Virus record (IMG/VR): IMGVR_UViG_3300025137_003799
Coordinates: 15,711-79,710 of that record
Strand: one strand, 5' to 3'
Length of the DNA stretch: 64,000 nucleotides
DNA from: a virus
Below the pieces are notes generated by a model, which did no database searches, had not been told where the DNA came from, and saw only the letters and a list, made by a program, of their open reading frames with translations. Both the position numbers and the translations under genes were made by a program. This document shows positions 38,232 to 47,671 of this stretch, piece after piece. Each line of letters begins with the position of its first letter. Within the stretch, counting starts at the first letter, position 1.

Positions 38232-39455
38232 ATGGAAGATAGTTTTTGCGTTGCTCCATTTGTTCAAGCATGTTTAAACACAAAAGGTGAAACTAGGCCT
38301 TGTTGTAACTATGCACCATCATATAAACCAGAAGATCATACCACAGGAAATATTAATACAGACGGTGGATTAACAAACGCAATACAAAGCCATGGCATGG
38401 TGAAATTACGTGAACAATTCCTTAAAGGTGAAAAGCCTGATTTATGTGTTAAATGCTGGAAAGAAGAAGAGCAACATGGTAAAGACTGGTCAATGCGATC
38501 AACCTATAACTTGCGGTATGAGGATTATATCAAAGAAAACAATGAAAAGTTTACTAAAGATTTTTTTAGTTTAAAATATTTAGAAACTGGATTCGGTAAT
38601 TTCTGTAACTTATCCTGTAAGATGTGTCTACCAGCAGTAAGCAGTACTATGTTTAGTATTATCAATGCTGGCAAGAAAAACAAGTTTATTGAAGGTTACC
38701 TAAAAGATATAAGTTACATTGATACTGATATAACAGGCCTTGATTATATCAAACTTGTAGGTGGTGAGCCTATGATGGAACGTAAACATGATCAGTTATT
38801 AGAACAGTTGCTAAAAGAACATCCTAACCCAGGCAATATAACCATATGTTATTTCACAAACACAACAAAGAAGCCTAGTCAACGTGTTGTTGATATGTGG
38901 AGTCAGTTCAAAAAAATAGAATTAAACTATAGTATAGATGGATTTGGTGAAGTTAATGAGTACCAAAGACCAGGAAATTATGTATGGCAAGACGTTGAAA
39001 ACGTACTTGACTATTATCAAGAACTAAGTAAAACAATAAATATCGAACAAAAAATTACTAGTACGATTACAGCTATTAATGTAATGTCAGTAGAGCGTCT
39101 ATGGAAATGGGTTCATCATAAATGGGGGCCAAAAATTTACTATAACTGTCAGTTAGCTCATCAGCCTCTATATCTAAACCTTCAACATCTACATCCAGAT
39201 CTAAAACAAAAGATTCGTGATAGACTAACATCAATAGACCTAACCCTTTATGAACCACTTCCAGGAACTAAGACTGTAGGTATTTTCCATCATGATATAG
39301 AGCATAAAGTTTTTATTAAAAGTGTTTTAAATGTAATGGCACAAGATACAGAGCATAACTTTACACTGGATGACATAGCACAACAAAACCAGTTTAATTT
39401 AATATCTAAATACTTCAACCATTCTAAGGATTGGCTACATGAAGAATATTCCTGA
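38232..39455 (+). CDS. radical SAM protein, N-terminal SPASM/twitch-like domain
   Basis: FCVAPF..RPCC..CVKC; CNLSCKMC; GGEP. Confidence 0.9.
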   Translation: MEDSFCVAPFVQACLNTKGETRPCCNYAPSYKPEDHTTGNINTDGGLTNAIQSHGMVKLREQFLKGEKPDLCVKCWKEEEQHGKDWSMRSTYNLRYEDYIKENNEKFTKDFFSLKYLETGFGNFCNLSCKMCLPAVSSTMFSIINAGKKNKFIEGYLKDISYIDTDITGLDYIKLVGGEPMMERKHDQLLEQLLKEHPNPGNITICYFTNTTKKPSQRVVDMWSQFKKIELNYSIDGFGEVNEYQRPGNYVWQDVENVLDYYQELSKTINIEQKITSTITAINVMSVERLWKWVHHKWGPKIYYNCQLAHQPLYLNLQHLHPDLKQKIRDRLTSIDLTLYEPLPGTKTVGIFHHDIEHKVFIKSVLNVMAQDTEHNFTLDDIAQQNQFNLISKYFNHSKDWLHEEYS

Positions 39456-40581
39456 AACAGCATGTAGTTTATTATGGACTCACATTGCCCTTGACATGGA
39501 GGGCGATGTTATGCCCTGTTGTAGATTCCACGTAGATGCTACTGAAAGACAGGATCCAAGACGTGTTCCTAATATGGGAGGCTGGAGAAAGCCCGGTATC
39601 CCAAATATAGATAATGGGTTACACCAAGCATTTACAGGCATAGAGTTTCAAAAAATGCGAGAGAAAATGTTAGCAGGTAAGAAGCTCGAAGGTTGTACTA
39701 AGTGTTGGGACATTGAAGAATCTGGAAGTATGAGTCCACGTAATTTTTGGAACAAAAGATTTAAACACCTAATAGGTGAAGAACCAAAGCTAAAATTTTT
39801 AGAGATTGGTTTTTCAACACATTGTAACTTGGCTTGCAGAATGTGTTCACCTGCTTACAGTAGTAAATGGCACAATATAGCATTTCCAGGAACAAGTGTG
39901 CCTGTGGGATTCAAGGATTATATAAAGAAGTTAGGTACTGCTGATCTTAGCGGAGTAGAAACTATTAAGTTTGTTGGTGGAGAGCCAATGATGGATAAAA
40001 ACCATGATGCATTTATTCTAAGCCTAGAAGAGTTTGGTATTGATTTATCTAAACTACAATTAAATTATCATACAAATGCTACAATCCGTGCTAGTAAAAA
40101 AGTAATAGAGGTATGGAAACGTGTAAAGAAAGTTGTACTATGTCTAAGTATAGATGGAGTTGGTGAAGTTAATGAGTATCAGAGACCCGGACACAAATGG
40201 GCAGACTTAGATGCTAACGTTGACTGGTATACAAATTTAGGTTTGAGTAATATAGTTATGGAATGTCATACAGTTGTCACACGTTTTAATATATTTCATT
40301 TAAAAGAATTAACTGAGTGGCAGTCAACAAAACAATTCAGAGATACAACATTCGATCCCACTAACTTTCCAGTATATCTAAGTATTAGACAATTTGATGC
40401 AGAGAAAAAACAACGAGCTTTTAGCTTACTGGATGAAGTATTCGGTGATGCTGATGTATCAAATCATATGAGAAAGAAACTGCAACAGGAACCTGTTGAT
40501 GATGAAGATGATGAATACATGATAGAGACAATGAAACCATTGGATGAATATTTTAATCAAGATACTAGGAGTAAGTTATGA
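39439..40581 (+). CDS. radical SAM protein, N-terminal SPASM/twitch-like domain
   Basis: ACSLLW..PCC..CTKC; CNLACRMC; GGEP. Confidence 0.9.
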   Translation: MKNIPETACSLLWTHIALDMEGDVMPCCRFHVDATERQDPRRVPNMGGWRKPGIPNIDNGLHQAFTGIEFQKMREKMLAGKKLEGCTKCWDIEESGSMSPRNFWNKRFKHLIGEEPKLKFLEIGFSTHCNLACRMCSPAYSSKWHNIAFPGTSVPVGFKDYIKKLGTADLSGVETIKFVGGEPMMDKNHDAFILSLEEFGIDLSKLQLNYHTNATIRASKKVIEVWKRVKKVVLCLSIDGVGEVNEYQRPGHKWADLDANVDWYTNLGLSNIVMECHTVVTRFNIFHLKELTEWQSTKQFRDTTFDPTNFPVYLSIRQFDAEKKQRAFSLLDEVFGDADVSNHMRKKLQQEPVDDEDDEYMIETMKPLDEYFNQDTRSKL

Positions 40582-41843
40582 GTAAGGGAGGATTTTGTGC
40601 CCTACCTTTTGTACAGTACTCAACTTATAACGGTGGACGTTATAGGCTATGTTGTATGGCGGCAGAACCTGAAGTAACAGTTAACCAAGAAGAACTAGGC
40701 ATAGCAGGAACATGGAACCACGACTATATTAAAGATGTTCGCAAACGTTTAACAAACGATGAATGGTTGCCTGAATGTGGTGAATGTTTACGGCTAGAAC
40801 GTAATGGAATAGTAAGCTCACGTCAATGGGAAAATGAACAGTGGGCAGATGTAATTGACGAAGTGGTGGCTGACGCTTCCGTTAACGATTGGGAGGTTGA
40901 ACAACCTTTACAATTTGATTTTAGGCTTGGCAATTTATGTAATCTACAATGCCAGATGTGTAATAAAGAAGCATCACATCTAGTAAGTGTGGAACGTGGC
41001 AAAATGGTTAAAGAAGGACTGGGGGCCAACCACCCTGATTGGCACGGCAATATTGCAGAAAAGAAGGAAGCCCTTCTTCAACCTGGAATAGACTGGACGA
41101 GTTTTGAGGATATGGTAGTGAAGGCTCGTAAAATTAAAATGATCGGTGGAGAGCCTACAGTAAGTCCTGATATGTTTAAGCTCTTAGATAAGGCCGTTGA
41201 TTCCGGACACGCATCACATATAGAACTTAGCTTCTATACTAATATGACTAACATGCAGGATAAGTGGTTAGAACAGCTAGGTAAGTTTGAGAAGGTGATA
41301 ATAAACTGTTCCTTGGAGGGCATGGAGGACATGAATGACTACCTACGTCCGCCTTCCAAGTGGACTAGTGTATGGAAAAACTTTGACAAGTTAGTCAAGT
41401 ATTCAAATACAAAAGCAGGTAAGAATATTAAAGTTAGAGTGACAACAGTTAATCAGATAACAAACGCATTACATATTGTTCCATTCTGGCGTATGATGCA
41501 CAATTATCAGATGGAACATGATAGAGGTATAGCAATGAGTACCAATCAACTTATTGAACCAAACTACTATAGTATGCAGTACGCACCACAATGGTTGCGT
41601 GATGAACAAAGCAAACAGGTAGAAGAATTTTTAACAGAGATTGATAACTCACCACACTTCACAGACTATGAAGAGCCTCTTAGAGAGATGATTGCCTTTT
41701 CAAATGATAGTGATCATGTATACAATCCAAACATTATAAAACAATATGTTAGGGTTACTGAAAGTTATGATATATTTAGAGGACATGATGTAATGAAGGT
41801 TGCTCCGGAGTTTAAGAGGCTTAAAGATGAAATTCGGATTTAA
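40578..41843 (+). CDS. radical SAM protein, N-terminal SPASM/twitch-like domain
   Basis: FCALPF..RLCC..CGEC; CNLQCQMC; GGEP. Confidence 0.9.
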   Translation: MSKGGFCALPFVQYSTYNGGRYRLCCMAAEPEVTVNQEELGIAGTWNHDYIKDVRKRLTNDEWLPECGECLRLERNGIVSSRQWENEQWADVIDEVVADASVNDWEVEQPLQFDFRLGNLCNLQCQMCNKEASHLVSVERGKMVKEGLGANHPDWHGNIAEKKEALLQPGIDWTSFEDMVVKARKIKMIGGEPTVSPDMFKLLDKAVDSGHASHIELSFYTNMTNMQDKWLEQLGKFEKVIINCSLEGMEDMNDYLRPPSKWTSVWKNFDKLVKYSNTKAGKNIKVRVTTVNQITNALHIVPFWRMMHNYQMEHDRGIAMSTNQLIEPNYYSMQYAPQWLRDEQSKQVEEFLTEIDNSPHFTDYEEPLREMIAFSNDSDHVYNPNIIKQYVRVTESYDIFRGHDVMKVAPEFKRLKDEIRI

Positions 41844-43020
41844 AAGTTATAACAGTTGGGATCCACTTAAAAAAGTTCTAGTGGGCAGTACATTTAAGAC
41901 AGACTTTTTTGCAGATCTTCCTGACAAAAAAGTTGCTGATACATTATCTAGAGTTAATGAAGAAACACATGAGGACTTAGAACAACTTGTTACTATACTC
42001 AAAGGCGAAGGTGTAGAGACATATAGAATGCCTGATACACTCCTTACTCCCGGAGGACAGACAGCAACTAGTGTAAATCAATTTGTTGAGGTAGGTCATC
42101 AAATTCCCAAACCTTTACATACACCACGTGATGATTTTTTCGTATTAGGTGAAACATTTATATATGGAAAGCCTTTTGTAAGAATGAATGACGTAAACTG
42201 GCAAATGCCCTGGACAGGGTGTGAGGATTATGTCCAAGTATTTTTTGATAAGGATAGTCCTCTATGTCTAGGAGATAAGAACTCAGAAGTTCTTAAGTCT
42301 TTTGACGGAGCATGTATTATGCGAGCCGGTAGAGATATTACAATGGATGTAAATTCAAGTGCAGGCAAAGTATTTCAACAGGATTGGTTACCCAAGTTTA
42401 ACAATATAAACAATACAAACTTCAGAGCTCATACGGTTGGCATGGGAAGACATACAGACGGAGTTATGAATCTATTACGACCTGGACTCATTATATCTGC
42501 ACAATATATACAAAATTATCATCTAACATATCCTGATTGGGACGTTTTTTATGTACCAAAGCCAATGGATAATCCCTATGTGGATGCATTTAAACAAATG
42601 AAACGTGACAGACGAGAACGTGCAAAGAATTATTGGATCCCTACAGAAGAAGGTAATGATGCACTACATCAGTTTATTGACCTATGGTTCAAGGATGGTG
42701 TGGGTAGTGTATTTGAAACAAACTTTGATGTTAATATCCTAAGTCTAGATCAGGATACTATTATTACATGTGGTAAGAATAGTGATGTGGAAAAGAGATT
42801 ATGGAATGATTACGGTATAAAAACAATTGTATCACCACTACGTCACAGATGGTTTTGGGACGGTGGCATACATTGTGTTACTAGTGACTTGTATCGTGAA
42901 GGAACATGTGAAGACTATTGGCCTACAAGAGGCGATACATTCTTAAATTTTGAGGAAGAAGAATTAATTAATAACGGAGCAAAGGTCCGAGACGAATGGC
43001 GAGATATTAACTTTACATAA
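41827..43020 (+). CDS. amidinotransferase (AGAT/StrB1 pentein family)
   Basis: SWDPLKKVLVG, PRD, FDG, HTDG, GGIHC. Confidence 0.82.
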   Translation: MKFGFKSYNSWDPLKKVLVGSTFKTDFFADLPDKKVADTLSRVNEETHEDLEQLVTILKGEGVETYRMPDTLLTPGGQTATSVNQFVEVGHQIPKPLHTPRDDFFVLGETFIYGKPFVRMNDVNWQMPWTGCEDYVQVFFDKDSPLCLGDKNSEVLKSFDGACIMRAGRDITMDVNSSAGKVFQQDWLPKFNNINNTNFRAHTVGMGRHTDGVMNLLRPGLIISAQYIQNYHLTYPDWDVFYVPKPMDNPYVDAFKQMKRDRRERAKNYWIPTEEGNDALHQFIDLWFKDGVGSVFETNFDVNILSLDQDTIITCGKNSDVEKRLWNDYGIKTIVSPLRHRWFWDGGIHCVTSDLYREGTCEDYWPTRGDTFLNFEEEELINNGAKVRDEWRDINFT

Positions 43021-43951
43021 TATCTTGATAATTCATGTGAAGATTATTTTTATAGTACTGATACATAATATCTTCAGCTTCAGTTAGTACAGGATCAGTA
43101 CGTTTACCCCATACAACTTCTGCAGTCCATTTACCATGTGCTTTGTCTTGAATAGTATATGTACCTAAGTCTGGAAATACTCCACTATCAATAACCGTTA
43201 CTGATTCATGATGCTTACTTGCATATTTTAGGATCTTGCTGGGATCCTGTCGCCAATCTGTGTGATATATGTTTTTATAGCCATGAGCAACAAGCCACGC
43301 TTCTGTTAGATTTCCCATACGCAAACCCAACTTTGCGTAATGACTGTCATCATGTTTGTGATTATGTATAAGCCAAGCTGGTTGATTTTCATCATAATGT
43401 GCTACAGTCTTATGTCTACGTTTACCCACACGGAATAGTATACTACGTTTAAGTGTTGATAAAGGTTCTACAATATGCCAACTAAAAGGATCAGCACATA
43501 TAAAATAAGCACTATTAACTCTGTTGGGTATTTGTAATACAGGATTACATTGTCTATCTAAAATTTGCACACCCTGATCACTGTCATCTAAATATACTTG
43601 ACTAGTAATTAACCAACGAAAGTTTTTTAGATCATTATGTGTCTCTAAATGACTACCGGGTTCATCCATATGAAAGTTAGTATAGTGATGATCATGTGAA
43701 TAGTCCGGTGAACCCAGGAACTCCCATTTCAAAGTGTCCAGCATTTCATACTTAACAAAACTTAGGAAGTCTATGTCTTGTACAGGTGCTGAATAATTAC
43801 CCCATAAACTGCTTTCATGCTCACTTGCTTGTGGATTTGCACAATGCTCGCGAATATATTGTTCAGGGTAGTTGTCATAATACCTTTGCAGGTAATTGAC
43901 ATGCATGAATCTATTCGTCAGGCTGTACTTGTATGGTTTCTTGTAGTGCAA
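43013..43951 (-). CDS. 2OG-Fe(II) oxygenase with C-terminal extension
   Basis: LETHND, QVYL, SWH, R. Confidence 0.7.
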   Translation of the reverse strand: MHYKKPYKYSLTNRFMHVNYLQRYYDNYPEQYIREHCANPQASEHESSLWGNYSAPVQDIDFLSFVKYEMLDTLKWEFLGSPDYSHDHHYTNFHMDEPGSHLETHNDLKNFRWLITSQVYLDDSDQGVQILDRQCNPVLQIPNRVNSAYFICADPFSWHIVEPLSTLKRSILFRVGKRRHKTVAHYDENQPAWLIHNHKHDDSHYAKLGLRMGNLTEAWLVAHGYKNIYHTDWRQDPSKILKYASKHHESVTVIDSGVFPDLGTYTIQDKAHGKWTAEVVWGKRTDPVLTEAEDIMYQYYKNNLHMNYQDIM

Positions 43952-44774
43952 CTATTCTATCCTTAAGGCATAATTCCGGTTTTAGTAAACTTTCTCTTAC
44001 AATGTCTGCTTCATAACATTGTAGTTTTGATCCAAATACTACTTGGTGCGTGATCCATTGTGCGTTAAAGAACCATATATCACCCGGATCGAATGTAATA
44101 TAATGTAGAGGATGATGGAACTGATCCCATCCTTTATCATTCCAAACGCATTTGTCTCTGATACCAGTTATAAATTTTTTTACATCTACTTCTGTTAGGC
44201 CTGCCAGTTCACATTCCTCATAATATTCTTGCCATAACTGTTCAACTGTGGGACCAAATGTTAAGATTCTAGGACGCTGATAATCCAAGTTTAGGAACAT
44301 ACGAATTTGTTGTTCATCACCAGTATGCTCTTCATCTAATTCATCTAGATGTAGTTTGTTTTCAACTAACATATTATAGCGGTGGCTCAGCATCTCATCT
44401 GTTGTTTTATAGCGAGGAAACAATTGATCAAATAACATTGACCATCCAACTGTTGACATTTTATGTCTGTTGTGAAACTCATCAATTTGTTTTTTATCCC
44501 AACCACGTTCTTCTTCAAGTCTAGTTCTATTCTTAATATGGCTGTTATACCAGGGCATGATCCATTTGTTTCCTTCGATTACCCAGTCTTCTAACTGATC
44601 GTAGTACTTGTAATCTACTCCGGATACTTTTAGACCTTTAATAACTACTGGCCATCCACTTTCAAAGGCAGTATATAATTCTTCACTGTCAGCAATTTCG
44701 CTTATGTCTTCGATATTAAATATCTTGACTTTGAAAGCCTCTCCTGCTATAGTATCTAAAGCAACTCTAGTCAT
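43911..44774 (-). CDS. Kdo-hydroxylase (KdoO)-like Fe(II)/2OG dioxygenase
   Basis: LHLD, RMFLNLD..PRI, FDPGDIWF, HQVVFG; RBS GGAGA. Confidence 0.6.
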   Translation of the reverse strand: MTRVALDTIAGEAFKVKIFNIEDISEIADSEELYTAFESGWPVVIKGLKVSGVDYKYYDQLEDWVIEGNKWIMPWYNSHIKNRTRLEEERGWDKKQIDEFHNRHKMSTVGWSMLFDQLFPRYKTTDEMLSHRYNMLVENKLHLDELDEEHTGDEQQIRMFLNLDYQRPRILTFGPTVEQLWQEYYEECELAGLTEVDVKKFITGIRDKCVWNDKGWDQFHHPLHYITFDPGDIWFFNAQWITHQVVFGSKLQCYEADIVRESLLKPELCLKDRIVALQETIQVQPDE

Positions 44775-44798
44775 CGTTTTCTCCATGTTTTTTGGTAG

Positions 44799-44838
44799 CA
44801 TAAATATTTATGTTAATACAAAACTCCCATCTTGTCAA
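44799..44838. promoter_or_regulatory. divergent promoter: palindromic late promoters plus minus-strand sigma70 promoter
   Basis: Palindrome CATAAATATTTATG (44799-44812); minus-strand TTGACA(44838)-N17-TAACAT. Confidence 0.6.
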
Positions 44839-44855
44839 CCGGAAAGGTAATTTTT

Positions 44856-45926
44856 ATGAATCCTATTAATGCTTGGAGTGAGTTCCAACCACTGAAACGT
44901 GTGGTTTTAGGATCTCCGTTCCCACCAGAAACATTTGATTGGCACAAGGACGAACAAACTCGCAGAGTTATGCGACAGATCTTTGAAGAGACAGCCGAGG
45001 ACATTAATGTGCTACAGGATATTCTAGAGGCTAGAGGCGTAGAAGTTGTACGTCCTAAGAATATATTTACAATCACTGGTGAAGAACAAATACTATTACC
45101 CTGGATGCATTGTGGCTTTCCTAACCATCCATTAATGCCACGTGATACTCTAATGCCATATGGCAATACAATCTTCGAGTGTTACACGGGTAGCGACAAT
45201 AGGTATTTTGAGAACTTAGCATATTACGAACATTGTAGTCAATGGTTTCGTGACGGTGCTGATTGGGTTAGTATGCCAGGAGCTCTAGTAGAAAGTGGTA
45301 AGAAGTATGACTACTTTGTTGCTAATAACCGAATACTTTTTCATGCGGCTAATATGATTAAGTGTGGACGTCACGTTTTGTTTAGCCAACCCTATGAGGG
45401 AGACAATAAACGTGGTAAGGGAACTGAACTGGGCCGTGAATGGATTCAACGTGAAATAAAGTTGCGATATCCAGATACACAATTTTTGGACATTCCAGTC
45501 GGAGGACACATTGATGGTAAAATAGCTTTACTAAAACCTGGCGTACTAATGACCTGGAATAAAAACTGGGTACCAGACGAAATGAAAAACTGGCACATCA
45601 TTGAAGTAGATGATGATCATGACATGCCAGAGGATTTTGTTAATACTCGTAAGCAAAGATTCTATACAGACTATGTAGAAAAGTGGCTAACGCATTGGGT
45701 AGGGTATGCAGATGAAAGTGTGTTTGACGTAAATTGTTTGACTTTAGACGAAAAACATGTTATAATGACTGGTAAGAACTCTGTCGTAGAACGACAGTTA
45801 GAGAAGTTAGGTATAACAGTAATTCACTGGCGTTTCCGCCACCAATACTTCTGGGACGGTGGAATACATTGCTTAACAAGTGATGTACGACGTGAAGGAG
45901 ATTGTGAGGATTATATAAATGGATGA
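44856..45926 (+). CDS. amidinotransferase (pentein family), second paralog
   Basis: EFQPLKRVVLG, PRD, HIDG, WDGGIHC. Confidence 0.82.
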   Translation: MNPINAWSEFQPLKRVVLGSPFPPETFDWHKDEQTRRVMRQIFEETAEDINVLQDILEARGVEVVRPKNIFTITGEEQILLPWMHCGFPNHPLMPRDTLMPYGNTIFECYTGSDNRYFENLAYYEHCSQWFRDGADWVSMPGALVESGKKYDYFVANNRILFHAANMIKCGRHVLFSQPYEGDNKRGKGTELGREWIQREIKLRYPDTQFLDIPVGGHIDGKIALLKPGVLMTWNKNWVPDEMKNWHIIEVDDDHDMPEDFVNTRKQRFYTDYVEKWLTHWVGYADESVFDVNCLTLDEKHVIMTGKNSVVERQLEKLGITVIHWRFRHQYFWDGGIHCLTSDVRREGDCEDYING

Positions 45927-46032
45927 AGTTATACTGTGGGAACACAGAAAGACATTGTTGAAGTGGATATGTATTAATAATTATTCACCTCGTCATGCAT
46001 ATTTAATTTTAATGGAGAAGGAACATGGGTGA
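45919..46032 (+). CDS. 37-aa hypothetical peptide
   Basis: Hand-translated MDEVILWEHRKTLLKWICINNYSPRHAY...; overlaps both neighbours. Confidence 0.4.
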   Translation: MDEVILWEHRKTLLKWICINNYSPRHAYLILMEKEHG

Positions 46033-46252
46033 AGTATTAAACTTCAAACCTAAAGAAATAGTATATATACTAAACTTTGTGAGCCCACATCCGATACGCA
46101 TGAATAAGGATGGAAGTGAAAGAATTAGACTAACACTTAATCGCAAAGACTTTACTACTGGAATCGGACAAGCATGGGTTCCAGCAATTAATAAACGTAT
46201 GGCAAAAGAGAAACTGTCGGACATGATTGATGTCTTGGAGTGGCTTGATTGA
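46025..46252 (+). CDS. hypothetical protein
   Basis: RBS GGAGAAGG. Confidence 0.6.
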   Translation: MGEVLNFKPKEIVYILNFVSPHPIRMNKDGSERIRLTLNRKDFTTGIGQAWVPAINKRMAKEKLSDMIDVLEWLD

Positions 46253-47499
46253 CATATAGAAATAAGTTTCTAGATAATACAGCACTACCAACTTGTTTAG
46301 CACCCTGGCACACACTAACGGTGAAGTGGGGAGGTAACGTTGTACCTGATATTATATATAAAAATAAGTTGGGTAATATAAACAAGCAAACTCTACAAGA
46401 GATACTTGAAGGTGATGCTGCTCGCGAGCTACGAACTGCACATCGAAATAGACAGATTCCAGATGTATGCAAAGGGTGTGCATCAAAAGAAAAGTCCGGC
46501 AGATCAAGACGTATGTTCTTCTGGGATAAACTTGATTGGGACGTTAGAATCCGCAGTAAGAATTTACAAGTGGATGATGTGCCTGATATTCGTTATCTAG
46601 ACTTTACAGTTTCAAATAAATGTAATTTAAAATGTATACATTGTAATCCTTTTGTGTCAACAGGCTGGACTAAAGATGGTAAAAAATTAAATAAAGAAAT
46701 GCCTGAGTATTGGGAGAAAACACAGATAGGTTTTCATGGAGCTGAAACAACCTTCATGGATAATTTGTTTGCTAATCCTGAATACTTCCGTAACCTACAA
46801 TGGGTTGCACTACGTGGCGGTGAGCCACTTTATGATGAACGTTGTATAGAGATCCTACAATGGTTTGTTGATGCTGGTCTAAGTCATAAAATTATGCTGG
46901 ACATATCAACTAACGCAACAGTATTCAATGATAACTTCCGTATATTGTTTGCACAGTTTAAACATGTTGAACTAATGGTTAGTGTGGAAGCAACAGATGA
47001 ATTATATAGTATAATTCGAGGTGACACACATACATGGACGGATCTATTACAAAACATAGAACAATTTTATGAGATAGAAAACTTGGAAATGGTTTTTGCT
47101 GTCACAGTTATGATTACCAATGTATTTGATTTACCAAATGTTTGGAAGTGGTTCAATAAATACCATGCAACTCGAGCAAGTATAAGTATGAGTAACGTTG
47201 TGGTTAACCCTACATATCTAAATATAGCAAACATGCCAGACAATTTAAAACAACAAGCACTGGAGAAGATAAAAGAAATACCCAGTGAAGCTATCTGGCC
47301 TGAAGGCAGTTACCATGCAGAAGAATTTGAATATCAAACTGGCATTGATGATATTCGTAAAGGACTACAAAGTGCTACAGCAGACGACAAACAATGGCAA
47401 TACTTCCTAAAGTATACAGATGATTTAGATCGTTTAAGAAATACTGATACATTAAAATTAATAAAGGAGATACAAGATGTCAGACAAAACAGTTACTAA
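46249..47499 (+). CDS. radical SAM protein, degenerate N-terminal auxiliary domain
   Basis: CLAPW..PDII (no CC)..CKGC; CNLKCIHC; GGEP. Confidence 0.9.
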   Translation: MTYRNKFLDNTALPTCLAPWHTLTVKWGGNVVPDIIYKNKLGNINKQTLQEILEGDAARELRTAHRNRQIPDVCKGCASKEKSGRSRRMFFWDKLDWDVRIRSKNLQVDDVPDIRYLDFTVSNKCNLKCIHCNPFVSTGWTKDGKKLNKEMPEYWEKTQIGFHGAETTFMDNLFANPEYFRNLQWVALRGGEPLYDERCIEILQWFVDAGLSHKIMLDISTNATVFNDNFRILFAQFKHVELMVSVEATDELYSIIRGDTHTWTDLLQNIEQFYEIENLEMVFAVTVMITNVFDLPNVWKWFNKYHATRASISMSNVVVNPTYLNIANMPDNLKQQALEKIKEIPSEAIWPEGSYHAEEFEYQTGIDDIRKGLQSATADDKQWQYFLKYTDDLDRLRNTDTLKLIKEIQDVRQNSY

Positions 47500-47671
47500 T
47501 CGTATGGCAGAATTAATGCAACCAATAGATCAACAAATTATGATGTGTGATGATAGAAATGATACACTAATGTTAGCATGTGCTATGTTGGAAAGATGCA
47601 AAACGATTCTAGATTACTCAATCGGTAAAGAAGGCCGTAGAGATATTATATCAGGAGCAAACGAAAGGTGA
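47477..47671 (+). CDS. hypothetical protein
   Basis: RBS AAGGAG; PIDQQIMMCD. Confidence 0.7.
   Translation: MSDKTVTNRMAELMQPIDQQIMMCDDRNDTLMLACAMLERCKTILDYSIGKEGRRDIISGANER

Noticed and set aside
41827-45926. Amidinotransferases as archaeosine (G+) synthases for the dpdA pathway
   Set aside because: They are pentein-fold, not ArcS, QueF-like or GAT-QueC; they lie about 30 kb from dpdA, and preQ0 synthesis (QueC) is not visible
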